NCBI GenBank assembly: GCA_965248265.1
Contig: CBDFJF010000002.1
Span: 3,296,001-3,360,000 of the forward strand
Source: Candidatus Latescibacterota bacterium
Lineage (GTDB): Bacteria; Latescibacterota; UBA2968; UBA8231
Direction of reading: 5' to 3'
Length of the DNA: 64,000 nucleotides
The position numbers and the translations under genes are program-made. Below are positions 1-9,890 of this stretch, piece after piece. Position 1 is the first letter of the stretch, and each line of letters begins with the position of its first letter. A model generated the notes under the pieces. It did no database searches and was not told where the DNA came from. It saw only the letters and a list, made by a program, of their open reading frames with translations.

Positions 1-996
1 GGATCCTCCCCCGGTGAATACCATGCCTGCCGACAGCATGGAGGAACTGCCACTGTCCCGCACCTCTCTGGCCACGAACTCGAGGATCTCTTGCTGGCGA
101 GCCTCAATGATTTCACTCAACTGGTGGCGCAAGAGCGAGTGCTCACGGCCTGCGGTCGTGATGAACGAAATCGGCTCTTCGCCTTCGTCTTCCCCACCGC
201 AGCAAACGCAACCGTGCTCGCGCTTCAACTGCTCCGCGTCCCGAGGTGAAATGTTCAGGACCACGGACATGTCTCTGGTGATATCTTCGCCCCCGAAGGG
301 AATCTCTGCTACGTGGCGCAGATTTCCACGATACACGGCCAGATCAGAAGTACCCGCTCCGAAATCGACGATGCCGACACCCATTTCGCGCTCTTCCGGA
401 GACAATAACACCCGTCCGATGGCTACCGACTCCAGGACAAATCCAGCAACCGCCAGGCCGGCCTCGGAAACCGCGCGTTCCAGTGTGGTGCAGAGGTTGC
501 CTGAGGCCGCTGCGCTCAGGGTTTCGACTTCGAGTCTGTTGCCATGCAGCCAGAGGGGATTGTGCACGGGTTCATCATCGACGGCATAGCTTTGAATGAA
601 GCGGTGAAGGACCAGCCCATCGCACGGCGGAGACGCCTGCTCGGCGGCGGCGACGGCCCGTTGAACATCGCGCTCGTCAATGGGTTCAGAAAGACCAGAA
701 ACGGCCACGGCGCTCTTGCTGGTCTGGATTTCAATGCCCTCCCCGCCACCGACGCCGATGAATGCACCGGTGATCTTGAGCGCTGCTGAACGCTCCGCTT
801 CGGCTACCGAATCACGGATGGCCTGGACGACTCGGGGCATGTCGATGACCGAATTGCGACGAATGCCTTGGCACGGGCTGTTGCCGGCCCCCAGGATCCG
901 TACGTTTTCGCCATCGGGCAATCCTTCGCCGATCAGGCACTGGATTTTAGAGGCGCCGATATCGATAACTACTACGGGACTGCCAACCATTGTCAT
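1..996 (-). CDS. ftsA: FtsA-like cell division ATPase (actin fold), 3' end outside the window
   Basis: Manual translation, not in ORF track: MTMVGSPVVVIDIGASKIQCLIGE...GIRRNSVIDM...YAVDDEPVHNPLWLHG...EEREMGVGIVDFGAGTSD...IPFGGEDITRD...AEQLKREHG...IIEARQQEILE...GMVFTGGGS. These are the FtsA phosphate-1, phosphate-2 and adenosine motifs. Confidence 0.9.
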   Translation of the reverse strand, partial: MTMVGSPVVVIDIGASKIQCLIGEGLPDGENVRILGAGNSPCQGIRRNSVIDMPRVVQAIRDSVAEAERSAALKITGAFIGVGGGEGIEIQTSKSAVAVSGLSEPIDERDVQRAVAAAEQASPPCDGLVLHRFIQSYAVDDEPVHNPLWLHGNRLEVETLSAAASGNLCTTLERAVSEAGLAVAGFVLESVAIGRVLLSPEEREMGVGIVDFGAGTSDLAVYRGNLRHVAEIPFGGEDITRDMSVVLNISPRDAEQLKREHGCVCCGGEDEGEEPISFITTAGREHSLLRHQLSEIIEARQQEILEFVAREVRDSGSSSMLSAGMVFTGGGS

Positions 997-1197
997 GTTG
1001 TTATTTTCGTCAGGTGCCGATAGGTATAGAGCGCACTTGTCGACCATCCGCCGCGACCTAGCGGTGAGGGCAACATCACACGCGTATTGAGGAAAAGACA
1101 CAACAGCCGTCTTTGGAGAAATGGGGGATATGACGCGACCGGCGGGGGTGCCGGTTTTACTGCCAAATACCTGTTGCTATTGCATAACCAACTTTGT

Positions 1198-1227
1198 AGG
1201 ATAACCCCGTCAAGCCCGGTGTGTCAA
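1198..1227 (-). promoter_or_regulatory. Putative sigma70 promoter for the ftsA-like gene
   Basis: Minus strand TTGACA-N18-TATCCT about 200 nt upstream of the start. Confidence 0.4.
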
Positions 1228-1265
1228 GGACTAAAGCACCTCCGGGGGGCGAGGTACCGGCGGCG

Positions 1266-1640
1266 CTACAGGTCGTCCAGGGTGCGGAGGCGTTCGACTG
1301 TTTCCTGCAACCGCATCAAGTCAACGGGCTTCTGAAAAAAGTCTCGTGCGCCGTTCTTGAGAAGCTCACGGGCGAGGTCCTCGGAGGCATAGCCTGAAAC
1401 CACGATGACTTGTGTGGTCGGATCGATTTCCTGGATCAAGCGGAGGGTCTCCGAGCCGTCCATGTGGGGCATGGAGATATCGAGGAATACGGCATTGGGT
1501 CGGTGTTCTTTTACCCGCAGGAGTGCCTCTTGACCGTTGAGCGCCGTGTGAACGACATAACCCAGGTCCTCGAAGAATTCTTTGATGGTGGAGAGGAAAT
1601 CGCCCTCGTCATCGACGAACAGGAGTTTGTATGGCTCCAT
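1266..1640 (-). CDS. Single-domain response regulator (CheY-like receiver)
   Basis: LFVDDE, FLDISMPHMDG (phospho-Asp), VSG, QKP motifs; 124 aa. Confidence 0.93.
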   Translation of the reverse strand: MEPYKLLFVDDEGDFLSTIKEFFEDLGYVVHTALNGQEALLRVKEHRPNAVFLDISMPHMDGSETLRLIQEIDPTTQVIVVSGYASEDLARELLKNGARDFFQKPVDLMRLQETVERLRTLDDL

Positions 1641-1748
1641 GGCATTAGTGGGTCACAGTGGTGATTCGGGTCATGCAACTGGAGTCGGGTACGTCAGAAG
1701 CGAACAATATACCCCGGCCCTGACACAGGGTAAAGCCCAAGGTTTTCT

Positions 1749-2246
1749 ATGAACGAGAAGCAATACCAGTTGGTTCGGGTCATCACGAAGATCCCCCTGT
1801 TCAGCGATTTGTCATTGGAAGAGATCCAGCTTCTACTGCGGGCCGGTAAAATCGTCCAGTTCAAACCCGACGAGCAAATCTACTTCTACGGTGATCCGAG
1901 CGACGAAATGCTGGTGCTGTTGCGCGGCAGGCTGGCCGTGTTGACCGAGTCTGACGAAGAGGTGGCCCGACTCGGCCCCGGTACTCCGATCGGAGAAATG
2001 GGACTGTTCACTGGCGAGCCGCGATCAGCTACCATCGTCTCGTTGGAGGCGAGTACCGCCATGGTCCTGGGTAGAAAAGAGATCGGTCTGTTGCTGGCGA
2101 CGAACAGGGAGATGCAGGTCAAGGTGCTGCAGAACCTGGTCAAGGTCTTGTGCCAGCGGCTGACCGAGGCCAATGAACTCAATGACACCCAGGCCAGGAT
2201 GATCCGCGATCTGGAGAAGAAACAGAGAGAGCTGACAGTCGATTAG
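1749..2246 (+). CDS. Cyclic nucleotide-binding domain protein (no HTH)
   Basis: IPLFSDL...GEMGLFTGEPRSATI phosphate-binding cassette. Confidence 0.9.
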   Translation: MNEKQYQLVRVITKIPLFSDLSLEEIQLLLRAGKIVQFKPDEQIYFYGDPSDEMLVLLRGRLAVLTESDEEVARLGPGTPIGEMGLFTGEPRSATIVSLEASTAMVLGRKEIGLLLATNREMQVKVLQNLVKVLCQRLTEANELNDTQARMIRDLEKKQRELTVD

Positions 2247-2310
2247 CCAAGGTGGGACAGGAGCTCATGCGATGATTCACCAACCCCGGGGGATCACCGT
2301 AAACGGTGAG

Positions 2311-3513
2311 TCACCGTAACCGGTGGGTGACGGTCACCCGGGACAGAATGCCGCCACCGTGTCGGCTGCCTCCAATGAAGTCTGGTCCGTCCCGTAGGAA
2401 ATCTCGCTCGAGATGTCCGTCCAGCAGCACCGCCCCGAACTCCAGGCCCAGCCCCAACTGTATGTCGAAATGCGAATCCAGCAGCCGCGAGGGCGTTCCG
2501 GAGGCTGCCTGCTCGCGATCCACCAGTTCGGTCGAATGCCGCATCCCGAGGCGGAAGATCATCGAACCCTGCTGGGCCTCGGCTGCCAGGTGGACGGAGG
2601 GGAGGGTCAAAGTATCCTCTTCGACCATCGGCATCCCGGGATCGGTTTGATCCTGCTTGTGAGACGAAACCAGAACTCCTCCCAGTAGCAGGATGTTGCG
2701 CGTTGGCGTGAAGTTCAAGCCGGTCCCCAGTTCCCATAGGAGGCTCTCGCGGCGGCTCGGAGCAAGTGCATAGGAACCGCTCTCGATGCCGATGAGATGA
2801 ATCATCCGGAATTGCTGTCCGAGCGGCACCGTCAGGCGTATTTCACCTGTGATTCCCGTGCCATCGGTCTCTCGAACAGTCGTTCCTGGGTTGATGGTAT
2901 CGCGCAGGTCGTGACGCTGAGTACCTACGGCGACATCGAGTTGCGCGCCCTCGTTGGTACCGATACGCAATCCCACTCGCAGGTCACTTTGCCTTGCCGA
3001 GGCTTTGCGGCCATCGATTTCGACAACGTCGTAGGAGAGCCGGCCTGCCAACCCGATGTTCAGGCGCTCGCTCAGGTTGCGTGCATAGAGCATGTCGACC
3101 CAGGGACTGACATCCAGTTGGCCAAATACCGGCGTGCCATTGTCGTGGGCGTAGTTATTGAGAGCGGTCACCTGCCGTGTCGGCCGGTTGAAAAACAATC
3201 CTCCGAAGTGCGCCTTTCCCACTGGCAATACGAGGCCAGCCCATTCGTCGAAGATCTCGAAACTGGCATGGGGGAAATCGACGGCTCGCGCGGGAAAAAC
3301 GAACACATTGGTGTTGTCGTAGAGGAAACGAGAGTCACCCCCCAGTGTTGCGACCCTTATCTGGGAGGCGTCAGCTGGCGCTAGCAGCACCCAAATCAAC
3401 AGCGCTGCGATCCATCTCGAGCCCAGCCATCTACCCGTTGGATCGTTCCCATGGAACGGGATCGCGACACTGCTGAGGCCGTGACGCAGATAAGAGCAAA
3501 GAAGAAGAATCAA
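2311..3513 (-). CDS. Outer-membrane beta-barrel protein (start uncertain)
   Basis: Signal peptide WIAALLIWVLLAPADA, then IRVATLGG and alternating beta-strands. The 5' part of track ORF 2311..3867 overlaps the upstream gene, so an in-frame TTG at 3513 was used. Confidence 0.65.
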   Translation of the reverse strand: MILLLCSYLRHGLSSVAIPFHGNDPTGRWLGSRWIAALLIWVLLAPADASQIRVATLGGDSRFLYDNTNVFVFPARAVDFPHASFEIFDEWAGLVLPVGKAHFGGLFFNRPTRQVTALNNYAHDNGTPVFGQLDVSPWVDMLYARNLSERLNIGLAGRLSYDVVEIDGRKASARQSDLRVGLRIGTNEGAQLDVAVGTQRHDLRDTINPGTTVRETDGTGITGEIRLTVPLGQQFRMIHLIGIESGSYALAPSRRESLLWELGTGLNFTPTRNILLLGGVLVSSHKQDQTDPGMPMVEEDTLTLPSVHLAAEAQQGSMIFRLGMRHSTELVDREQAASGTPSRLLDSHFDIQLGLGLEFGAVLLDGHLERDFLRDGPDFIGGSRHGGGILSRVTVTHRLR

Positions 3514-3523
3514 ATGGTCGAAG

Positions 3524-5461
3524 TCAGCGGACAGCGTCCGTGTCGAAGGGAAGATCCTCGAGGTCCTCCTCTTCTTCGATGAAAGTAGGCGCCTCTTCTT
3601 CAGTACCTTCTTCGACGACTGGATTGATCTTCCAGTCCTTAGCCAGTACTTGAAAGTCCTGATCGAGGAGCTTGCTCGAGATCTCGTGGGGTCGGAAGAC
3701 CAGCTCCTCATTCGTCCGGTACAAGCGGCCCTTCCAGTTAAACATCGTGCCGTCGAGGACGAAGACGGTGCGCTCCTTTTGAATAAGCTCGTTGTTGATC
3801 TGGGCAAGCAGGTCGCCGACCGGCTCGCCGGAGGCGCCGATATCCCCTTCGTGCGGTTTTCCATCATCCTGCGGTCCGATGATGGTCGAGTTCTTGGGTT
3901 CCCGACCGTCGTAGCGGATGCTTTCGGGAATGAACTCTTCCATGTAGGGACGGGTGATGGTGTCGTAGGGGTAGAACAAGTTGGTCACAACCTTGTAGAC
4001 CCAGTCTCCGAAACGCTCGTCACGGATGCGCAGCAGTGTGCCGATTTTGACCAGCATACGGCCGTCGGCAAGCAAATGTTCGCGAACCGCGGCGATATCG
4101 AGGTCGGTGATCTCGACATCCTTTCCTCCCAGTTCGATGCTGAAGGTACCGCGGCTGGCGCTGTTGAGGATGACGACACCCTTACCCAAATGGGCGCGGA
4201 ATTTCCCCGTTTGGGCGTATGGCATTTCCATCATGAACTTGTAAAATACATTGCGATCGAGAAGCAGCGTCTCCTTGACGATGTTGGTGGATCCGGCCTG
4301 GCGGAAGACATCGCGCAGGTAATTGAGCTCATCCTGGGTAATGACTTCACCCGGGCCCCCGATCGCGTTCTTTTGGGTCTTGGAAACCTCCAGCAGGGAA
4401 GGATGATTGATCTGCGATCCCGTGGCCCAGTTAGTCAGGGTCGTCTCGTCCGCCTTCACGCCATCCCTCCAGACGAAGTAGACCTTGCCGGCAGAGCTGA
4501 AAATGAAGCTGCCTTTCTCGATCTCGACTTCGCGGCCGCCGATTTTGGCGGAGCGCTGGATGAGGCTCTCAATAGGGTATCGCTGATAGTTCGTGCGCAG
4601 CTGAAATAACGCGTCGAGATCGGACAGGGGGCCTTCGTGTGGCAAGTCGTATTCTTCCAGCATCAACCCGGTCAGCGCGCCGCTGCGGCTGATAACGAGC
4701 GTTCCTTTATCTACCCTTCTCACGTTCTCCTTCGAGGCATCGAAGAGCACATCCTCCTTGAGCAGCTCGAAGCTGTGCGGGATATCCAGCAGGCCCTGCA
4801 GGTACCTCTGGGCGGTCGTTTCCGTAACCGGCAAGACCTCGGGGTTGCTGCTGAGCTCGCGGCGCAAGGGGAGCTGCAGGGTATCGAGTAAATAGGTGTT
4901 CGGGTGACCGCCGACGCTGAGGAACAGTGTCCCTTTGCGCACCTTGATCTGCAGGGCACGTCCTTGATGCAACAGTTCATCTCGATAAACCTGGCTGCCC
5001 ATGGGCAAGTATACCGCTTGAGTCGGTCGTAGCTTTCGGGCGCAGATTTCCTTCAGTGTCTTGCGCCCGACCTCCTCGAGATGGTCGAGGAGCAAGCACT
5101 TTACGCCGAGCCGCTGACTGATCAGGACGGTTCCCAGTGGGAGCTCCTCCGGGATCGGACGCGGACGCCCGGTAGGAGGATTGATGAGAGGATCCATGTC
5201 GATGTAACTGACCGTGAATTCCTGCAGAGCGTCGCGGTTCTTGGCTTTGCGTCTCTTGGCCGATGTGCGGCCACCGTTGCGGGAGGACCGGCTTTTGGTC
5301 GGCGAGATCCTCTTGCGGACGAGCTGGAGGATGAGCAGGACCGCGATAACTGCCAGGAACCCGCCCAGAATCAGGTAGACGTTGGGGCCACCGCCAGTGG
5401 CCTCCTCCTTGAACAAATACCCACCTGATGCCTGTGCCAATACAGCTATCATGGATAGCAC
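3524..5461 (-). CDS. Hypothetical membrane-anchored protein with internal degenerate repeats
   Basis: 645 aa ORF with an N-terminal TM helix (VYLILGGFLAVIAVLLILQLV), a basic linker, recurring xKGTLhhS-like motifs and an acidic C-terminal tail. Confidence 0.85.
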   Translation of the reverse strand: MLSMIAVLAQASGGYLFKEEATGGGPNVYLILGGFLAVIAVLLILQLVRKRISPTKSRSSRNGGRTSAKRRKAKNRDALQEFTVSYIDMDPLINPPTGRPRPIPEELPLGTVLISQRLGVKCLLLDHLEEVGRKTLKEICARKLRPTQAVYLPMGSQVYRDELLHQGRALQIKVRKGTLFLSVGGHPNTYLLDTLQLPLRRELSSNPEVLPVTETTAQRYLQGLLDIPHSFELLKEDVLFDASKENVRRVDKGTLVISRSGALTGLMLEEYDLPHEGPLSDLDALFQLRTNYQRYPIESLIQRSAKIGGREVEIEKGSFIFSSAGKVYFVWRDGVKADETTLTNWATGSQINHPSLLEVSKTQKNAIGGPGEVITQDELNYLRDVFRQAGSTNIVKETLLLDRNVFYKFMMEMPYAQTGKFRAHLGKGVVILNSASRGTFSIELGGKDVEITDLDIAAVREHLLADGRMLVKIGTLLRIRDERFGDWVYKVVTNLFYPYDTITRPYMEEFIPESIRYDGREPKNSTIIGPQDDGKPHEGDIGASGEPVGDLLAQINNELIQKERTVFVLDGTMFNWKGRLYRTNEELVFRPHEISSKLLDQDFQVLAKDWKINPVVEEGTEEEAPTFIEEEEDLEDLPFDTDAVR

Positions 5462-5691
5462 TTAACTCTCACAAAGAGAAGGGAATACATAACTCACGAA
5501 AGTTAAGAATGTGGGTGGAAATGTCAACCAAATTGGCCAGTCCCCACTGAGCAGGGCTGCCTTCAATGCGCCGTTCACTCTTGACCCGGCGCCAGTGAGC
5601 GTTTTACGTACGAACAACCTAGTGTACCGCAAGCAACTGCGGGTGTGCGGCGAAACCGCGCCACAGTGTAAGGAAAGCAAAGGAGTCGTCC

Positions 5692-6150
5692 ATGTCGCGT
5701 GGGGGTGTCAACAAGGTCATCTTGATCGGCAATCTGGGGTCGGACCCGGAGGTGAAATACACCCCGAGCGGAGTGCCCGTCGCCAACGTGAATCTTGCTA
5801 CCAACGAGTCCTGGACGGACCGCAGCGGCGAGAAGCAGGAGCGCACGGAGTGGCACCGTCTCGTCATCTGGCGAAAACTGGCGGAGATCGTCGGCCAGTA
5901 CTTGAGGAAAGGCAGCAAGATCTACGTGGAGGGCCGTTTGGAGACGCGCTCCTGGGACGACCAGAGCGGCCAAAAACGCTACACCACCGAAGTCGTCGTC
6001 AATGACCTGCAGATGCTGGATGGACGTGGCGACGCCGGAGGCGATATTCAGCAGGGCAATTACCAGGAGTCACCCGCCGGTGGACCACCCGGAGGCGGCT
6101 ATGCCCCTTCCGGGGGTGATTCAGCCGAGGATGACGACCTGCCGTTCTAA
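5692..6150 (+). CDS. ssb: Single-stranded DNA-binding protein
   Basis: [21 protein letters not shown]-terminal DDDLPF; AAGGAG RBS. Confidence 0.98.
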   Translation: MSRGGVNKVILIGNLGSDPEVKYTPSGVPVANVNLATNESWTDRSGEKQERTEWHRLVIWRKLAEIVGQYLRKGSKIYVEGRLETRSWDDQSGQKRYTTEVVVNDLQMLDGRGDAGGDIQQGNYQESPAGGPPGGGYAPSGGDSAEDDDLPF

Positions 6151-6170
6151 TTCGCCCCTAGGGGCGAATT
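6149..6170. terminator. Perfect 22-bp palindrome after ssb (possible terminator or binding site)
   Basis: AATTCGCCCCT-AGGGGCGAATT. Confidence 0.5.
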
Positions 6171-6242
6171 CCTTCACCCGTAGCGGCGGATTCCGCCTCT
6201 ATTGTCCGCAGCTCACCCAATCTATCAAGTGACACCCGGCTT

Positions 6243-7115
6243 TTGGCAGGGAGTTTCTACCATCTCATACTAGCCCAGAAGGCAGCACCGCTTGCACTAG
6301 CCGAGCTGGGGCAGCGCTCCGATGCTGTCCTCACTGCCTTCGCCGCAGGTGCAGTGGCTCCGGATCTTGGATTCTTTCCCGGCGGTCCTAAATCCTTCTC
6401 ACACCGAGTGCACCACGAGAGTACAGGTGACTTCGTGGGCTCGATCGTAGCTGCTGCCGAAAGTCCTGAGGAGCAGGCCTTCGCGAGGGGGTGGGCGTTG
6501 CATGTGATAACCGATATTGCCATCCACCCGTTCGTCAACGCCGAGGCCGCTGAGAGGGGCGCGTCTGAGAAGGCAGCAAAAGATCGTAAGCAATTGTGGC
6601 ACAAGAAAATAGAGTGGGGATTTGACTGCCATGCCCTGTCTTTGGAGCAAGCGGCGCGAATCGATGGTCGTGTAGATGCCCTGAAGCAGACCGAACCCGC
6701 GAAATCCTTTCTGAGCGCGGCTTCGAACATGTACGGTAGCGACGCCTCCGAGCCGGACATTCGGCGCGGTTGGGCCTCGATGGTGTCCTGGGTGGCGCGT
6801 ATCATGCGGATTCTGCTGTGGACGGGGAGTGTTACATGGCCGCAACACCGCTTTTCCATCGGGCTCTGGGCGCGCCCGTTGAAGCCACTGACCCACGGCG
6901 TCGGTAGGCTCTTGGAGATGCATGAAGCTCTATATGACGCGGCGGCGGTGGCCAGACCCCACGTCCCGGACGCAAGGTTCATCGAGACCATGACGGGTTT
7001 GGGAAACGTCGCGTTGGAACGATACGGCAAGGCAATCGCAGGAGGCCTATCCAACCTGCCCAACCTCGATCTTGATACTGGTCAGGCGATTGACCGGGGA
7101 CAATCCAACGGTTGA
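6243..7115 (+). CDS. Zinc-dependent phospholipase C family protein
   Basis: N-terminal H, GAVAPD, HRVHH, GWALHVITDIAIHPFV, HKKIE metal-ligand pattern. Confidence 0.8.
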   Translation: MAGSFYHLILAQKAAPLALAELGQRSDAVLTAFAAGAVAPDLGFFPGGPKSFSHRVHHESTGDFVGSIVAAAESPEEQAFARGWALHVITDIAIHPFVNAEAAERGASEKAAKDRKQLWHKKIEWGFDCHALSLEQAARIDGRVDALKQTEPAKSFLSAASNMYGSDASEPDIRRGWASMVSWVARIMRILLWTGSVTWPQHRFSIGLWARPLKPLTHGVGRLLEMHEALYDAAAVARPHVPDARFIETMTGLGNVALERYGKAIAGGLSNLPNLDLDTGQAIDRGQSNG

Positions 7116-8416
7116 TGGCAGAGTCCGCGACAGAGGTTGTCCTTTTTGGTCTGAGCCTGGCTTTGCCACTAGGGTTGTTCGGTTTGCGCCAGTCCCTTTC
7201 CCGGTTCGGGTCTGCCAGCGATAGCGATCACCTGTCAGCAGTCCTGCGTCCCTCAGCAATCCTGAGAACGGGCAGTATTGCCATTCTGAGCGGGCTTGTC
7301 ATGGGTCTGACCGCCCTCCCGGCAATCGCCATAATAGTCGATGATGCGGTTTTGCTGCTGATCGCCTTCGTCTCTGCCTGGTGTGGATTTACCGTCGGTT
7401 GCGGGATCGATCTGCGGGTTCTACGCAAAACCTCCTCCGTGCTGTTGGCAGCCCAGTTGGGCCAATGCATCGTTGCGTTGTCTGCCATACCCCTGTTGAC
7501 CTGGGGGTTGACCCACCTACCCTGGACCTTGGAATCGGCACTGTTTTCACCGGTCGCCCTACTCATCGCGACTGGCATGTGTTTGAGTGACCGCGTCATG
7601 GGATCGCATGATCGTGACCACCGGCAGCGCACTGCTGGAGTACACAAAGGAGTCCCAAAGACTTCCGTCGCCGCTTGCGTGGCGATCCTGCTGGCCTCGC
7701 TCGGCGTGGGCCATGAATTTTTGGTCTCAAGCCACATGGCCGGCGTCTCGTTTCTGCCCGTTCCTTCATTCACCTTGACGATCACCGGAATAGGCGAGCG
7801 CGTATTCTTGGGGTTGGCCATGGGGTGTGGCGCTGGATTGCTGAGTGATCTGGCAGCGAAAGACCACGCGCCGACGGGTGTGACCTTCGGTGTCCTGGCG
7901 GGTGTGCTGCTGCTCGTCAGTGGCATCGCACTGGCTTTCGGGATACAGCCACTGCTGATCGGTGTCATCGCTGGAGCCTGGGTGATCAACGCCACTCTGA
8001 GACGGCTAGACATTCACCATGTCATCGAGAAATCGAGCAACCTGAGTTCGATTGGCGTGCCGTTTGTGCTCGGGTGGACGATCGGTTATGGCGTGGGCGT
8101 GTATGGGATCAGCGGAAGGGGCTTCCTCGTCGGCCTCTGCTTGATTGTTGCCATGCGGCCGATCGTCCGCGTGGCCGGATGGCGTTTGGGAGAATATCTG
8201 ATCAAGGTGAAGAATCCACCGGCACTTTCGAGGGACGGGGAGTCCGTGCTGTTCGACAACAGCGGCTTCTTGATCGCCCTGGTATTGACGATGACGATTT
8301 CCGGTGCCGTCGGCATCAGTTTTCTGGCCGCGGCCGTGGCGTCGCAGCTGGTGTTCGCGTTGATCTCGATGTGGTGGCCGCCTGCTGTTGCCGAGGCGCG
8401 CTCGGCTATCCGCTAG
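7112..8416 (+). CDS. Multi-pass membrane protein, cation:proton antiporter-like
   Basis: About 12 hydrophobic helices; GFTVGCGIDLRVLR and SPLL-like (QPLLIGVIAG) segments typical of CPA family. Confidence 0.55.
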   Translation: MMAESATEVVLFGLSLALPLGLFGLRQSLSRFGSASDSDHLSAVLRPSAILRTGSIAILSGLVMGLTALPAIAIIVDDAVLLLIAFVSAWCGFTVGCGIDLRVLRKTSSVLLAAQLGQCIVALSAIPLLTWGLTHLPWTLESALFSPVALLIATGMCLSDRVMGSHDRDHRQRTAGVHKGVPKTSVAACVAILLASLGVGHEFLVSSHMAGVSFLPVPSFTLTITGIGERVFLGLAMGCGAGLLSDLAAKDHAPTGVTFGVLAGVLLLVSGIALAFGIQPLLIGVIAGAWVINATLRRLDIHHVIEKSSNLSSIGVPFVLGWTIGYGVGVYGISGRGFLVGLCLIVAMRPIVRVAGWRLGEYLIKVKNPPALSRDGESVLFDNSGFLIALVLTMTISGAVGISFLAAAVASQLVFALISMWWPPAVAEARSAIR

Positions 8417-8424
8417 ACGAGCCG

Positions 8425-9831
<1,407 letters not shown>

Positions 9832-9890
9832 TTAAACGACGCCGAAGGGGAACGGGTGGAGAAAGCTACTGGGCGGTTTTCCGCCTGTCA

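Noticed and set aside
3514-3867. N-terminal extension of track ORF 2311..3867
   Set aside because: It overlaps the 3' end of the 645-aa gene in another frame, and the signal peptide lies further downstream
3650-4609. 319-aa plus-strand ORF and many similar antisense ORFs
   Set aside because: These are expected shadows of GC-rich coding sequence, with no recognisable motifs
5607-5628. Shared GTACGAAC upstream of ssb and of the uvrA-like gene (61981) as an SOS box
   Set aside because: Only 8 bp, and the spacing fits none of the LexA box types I know; could be chance
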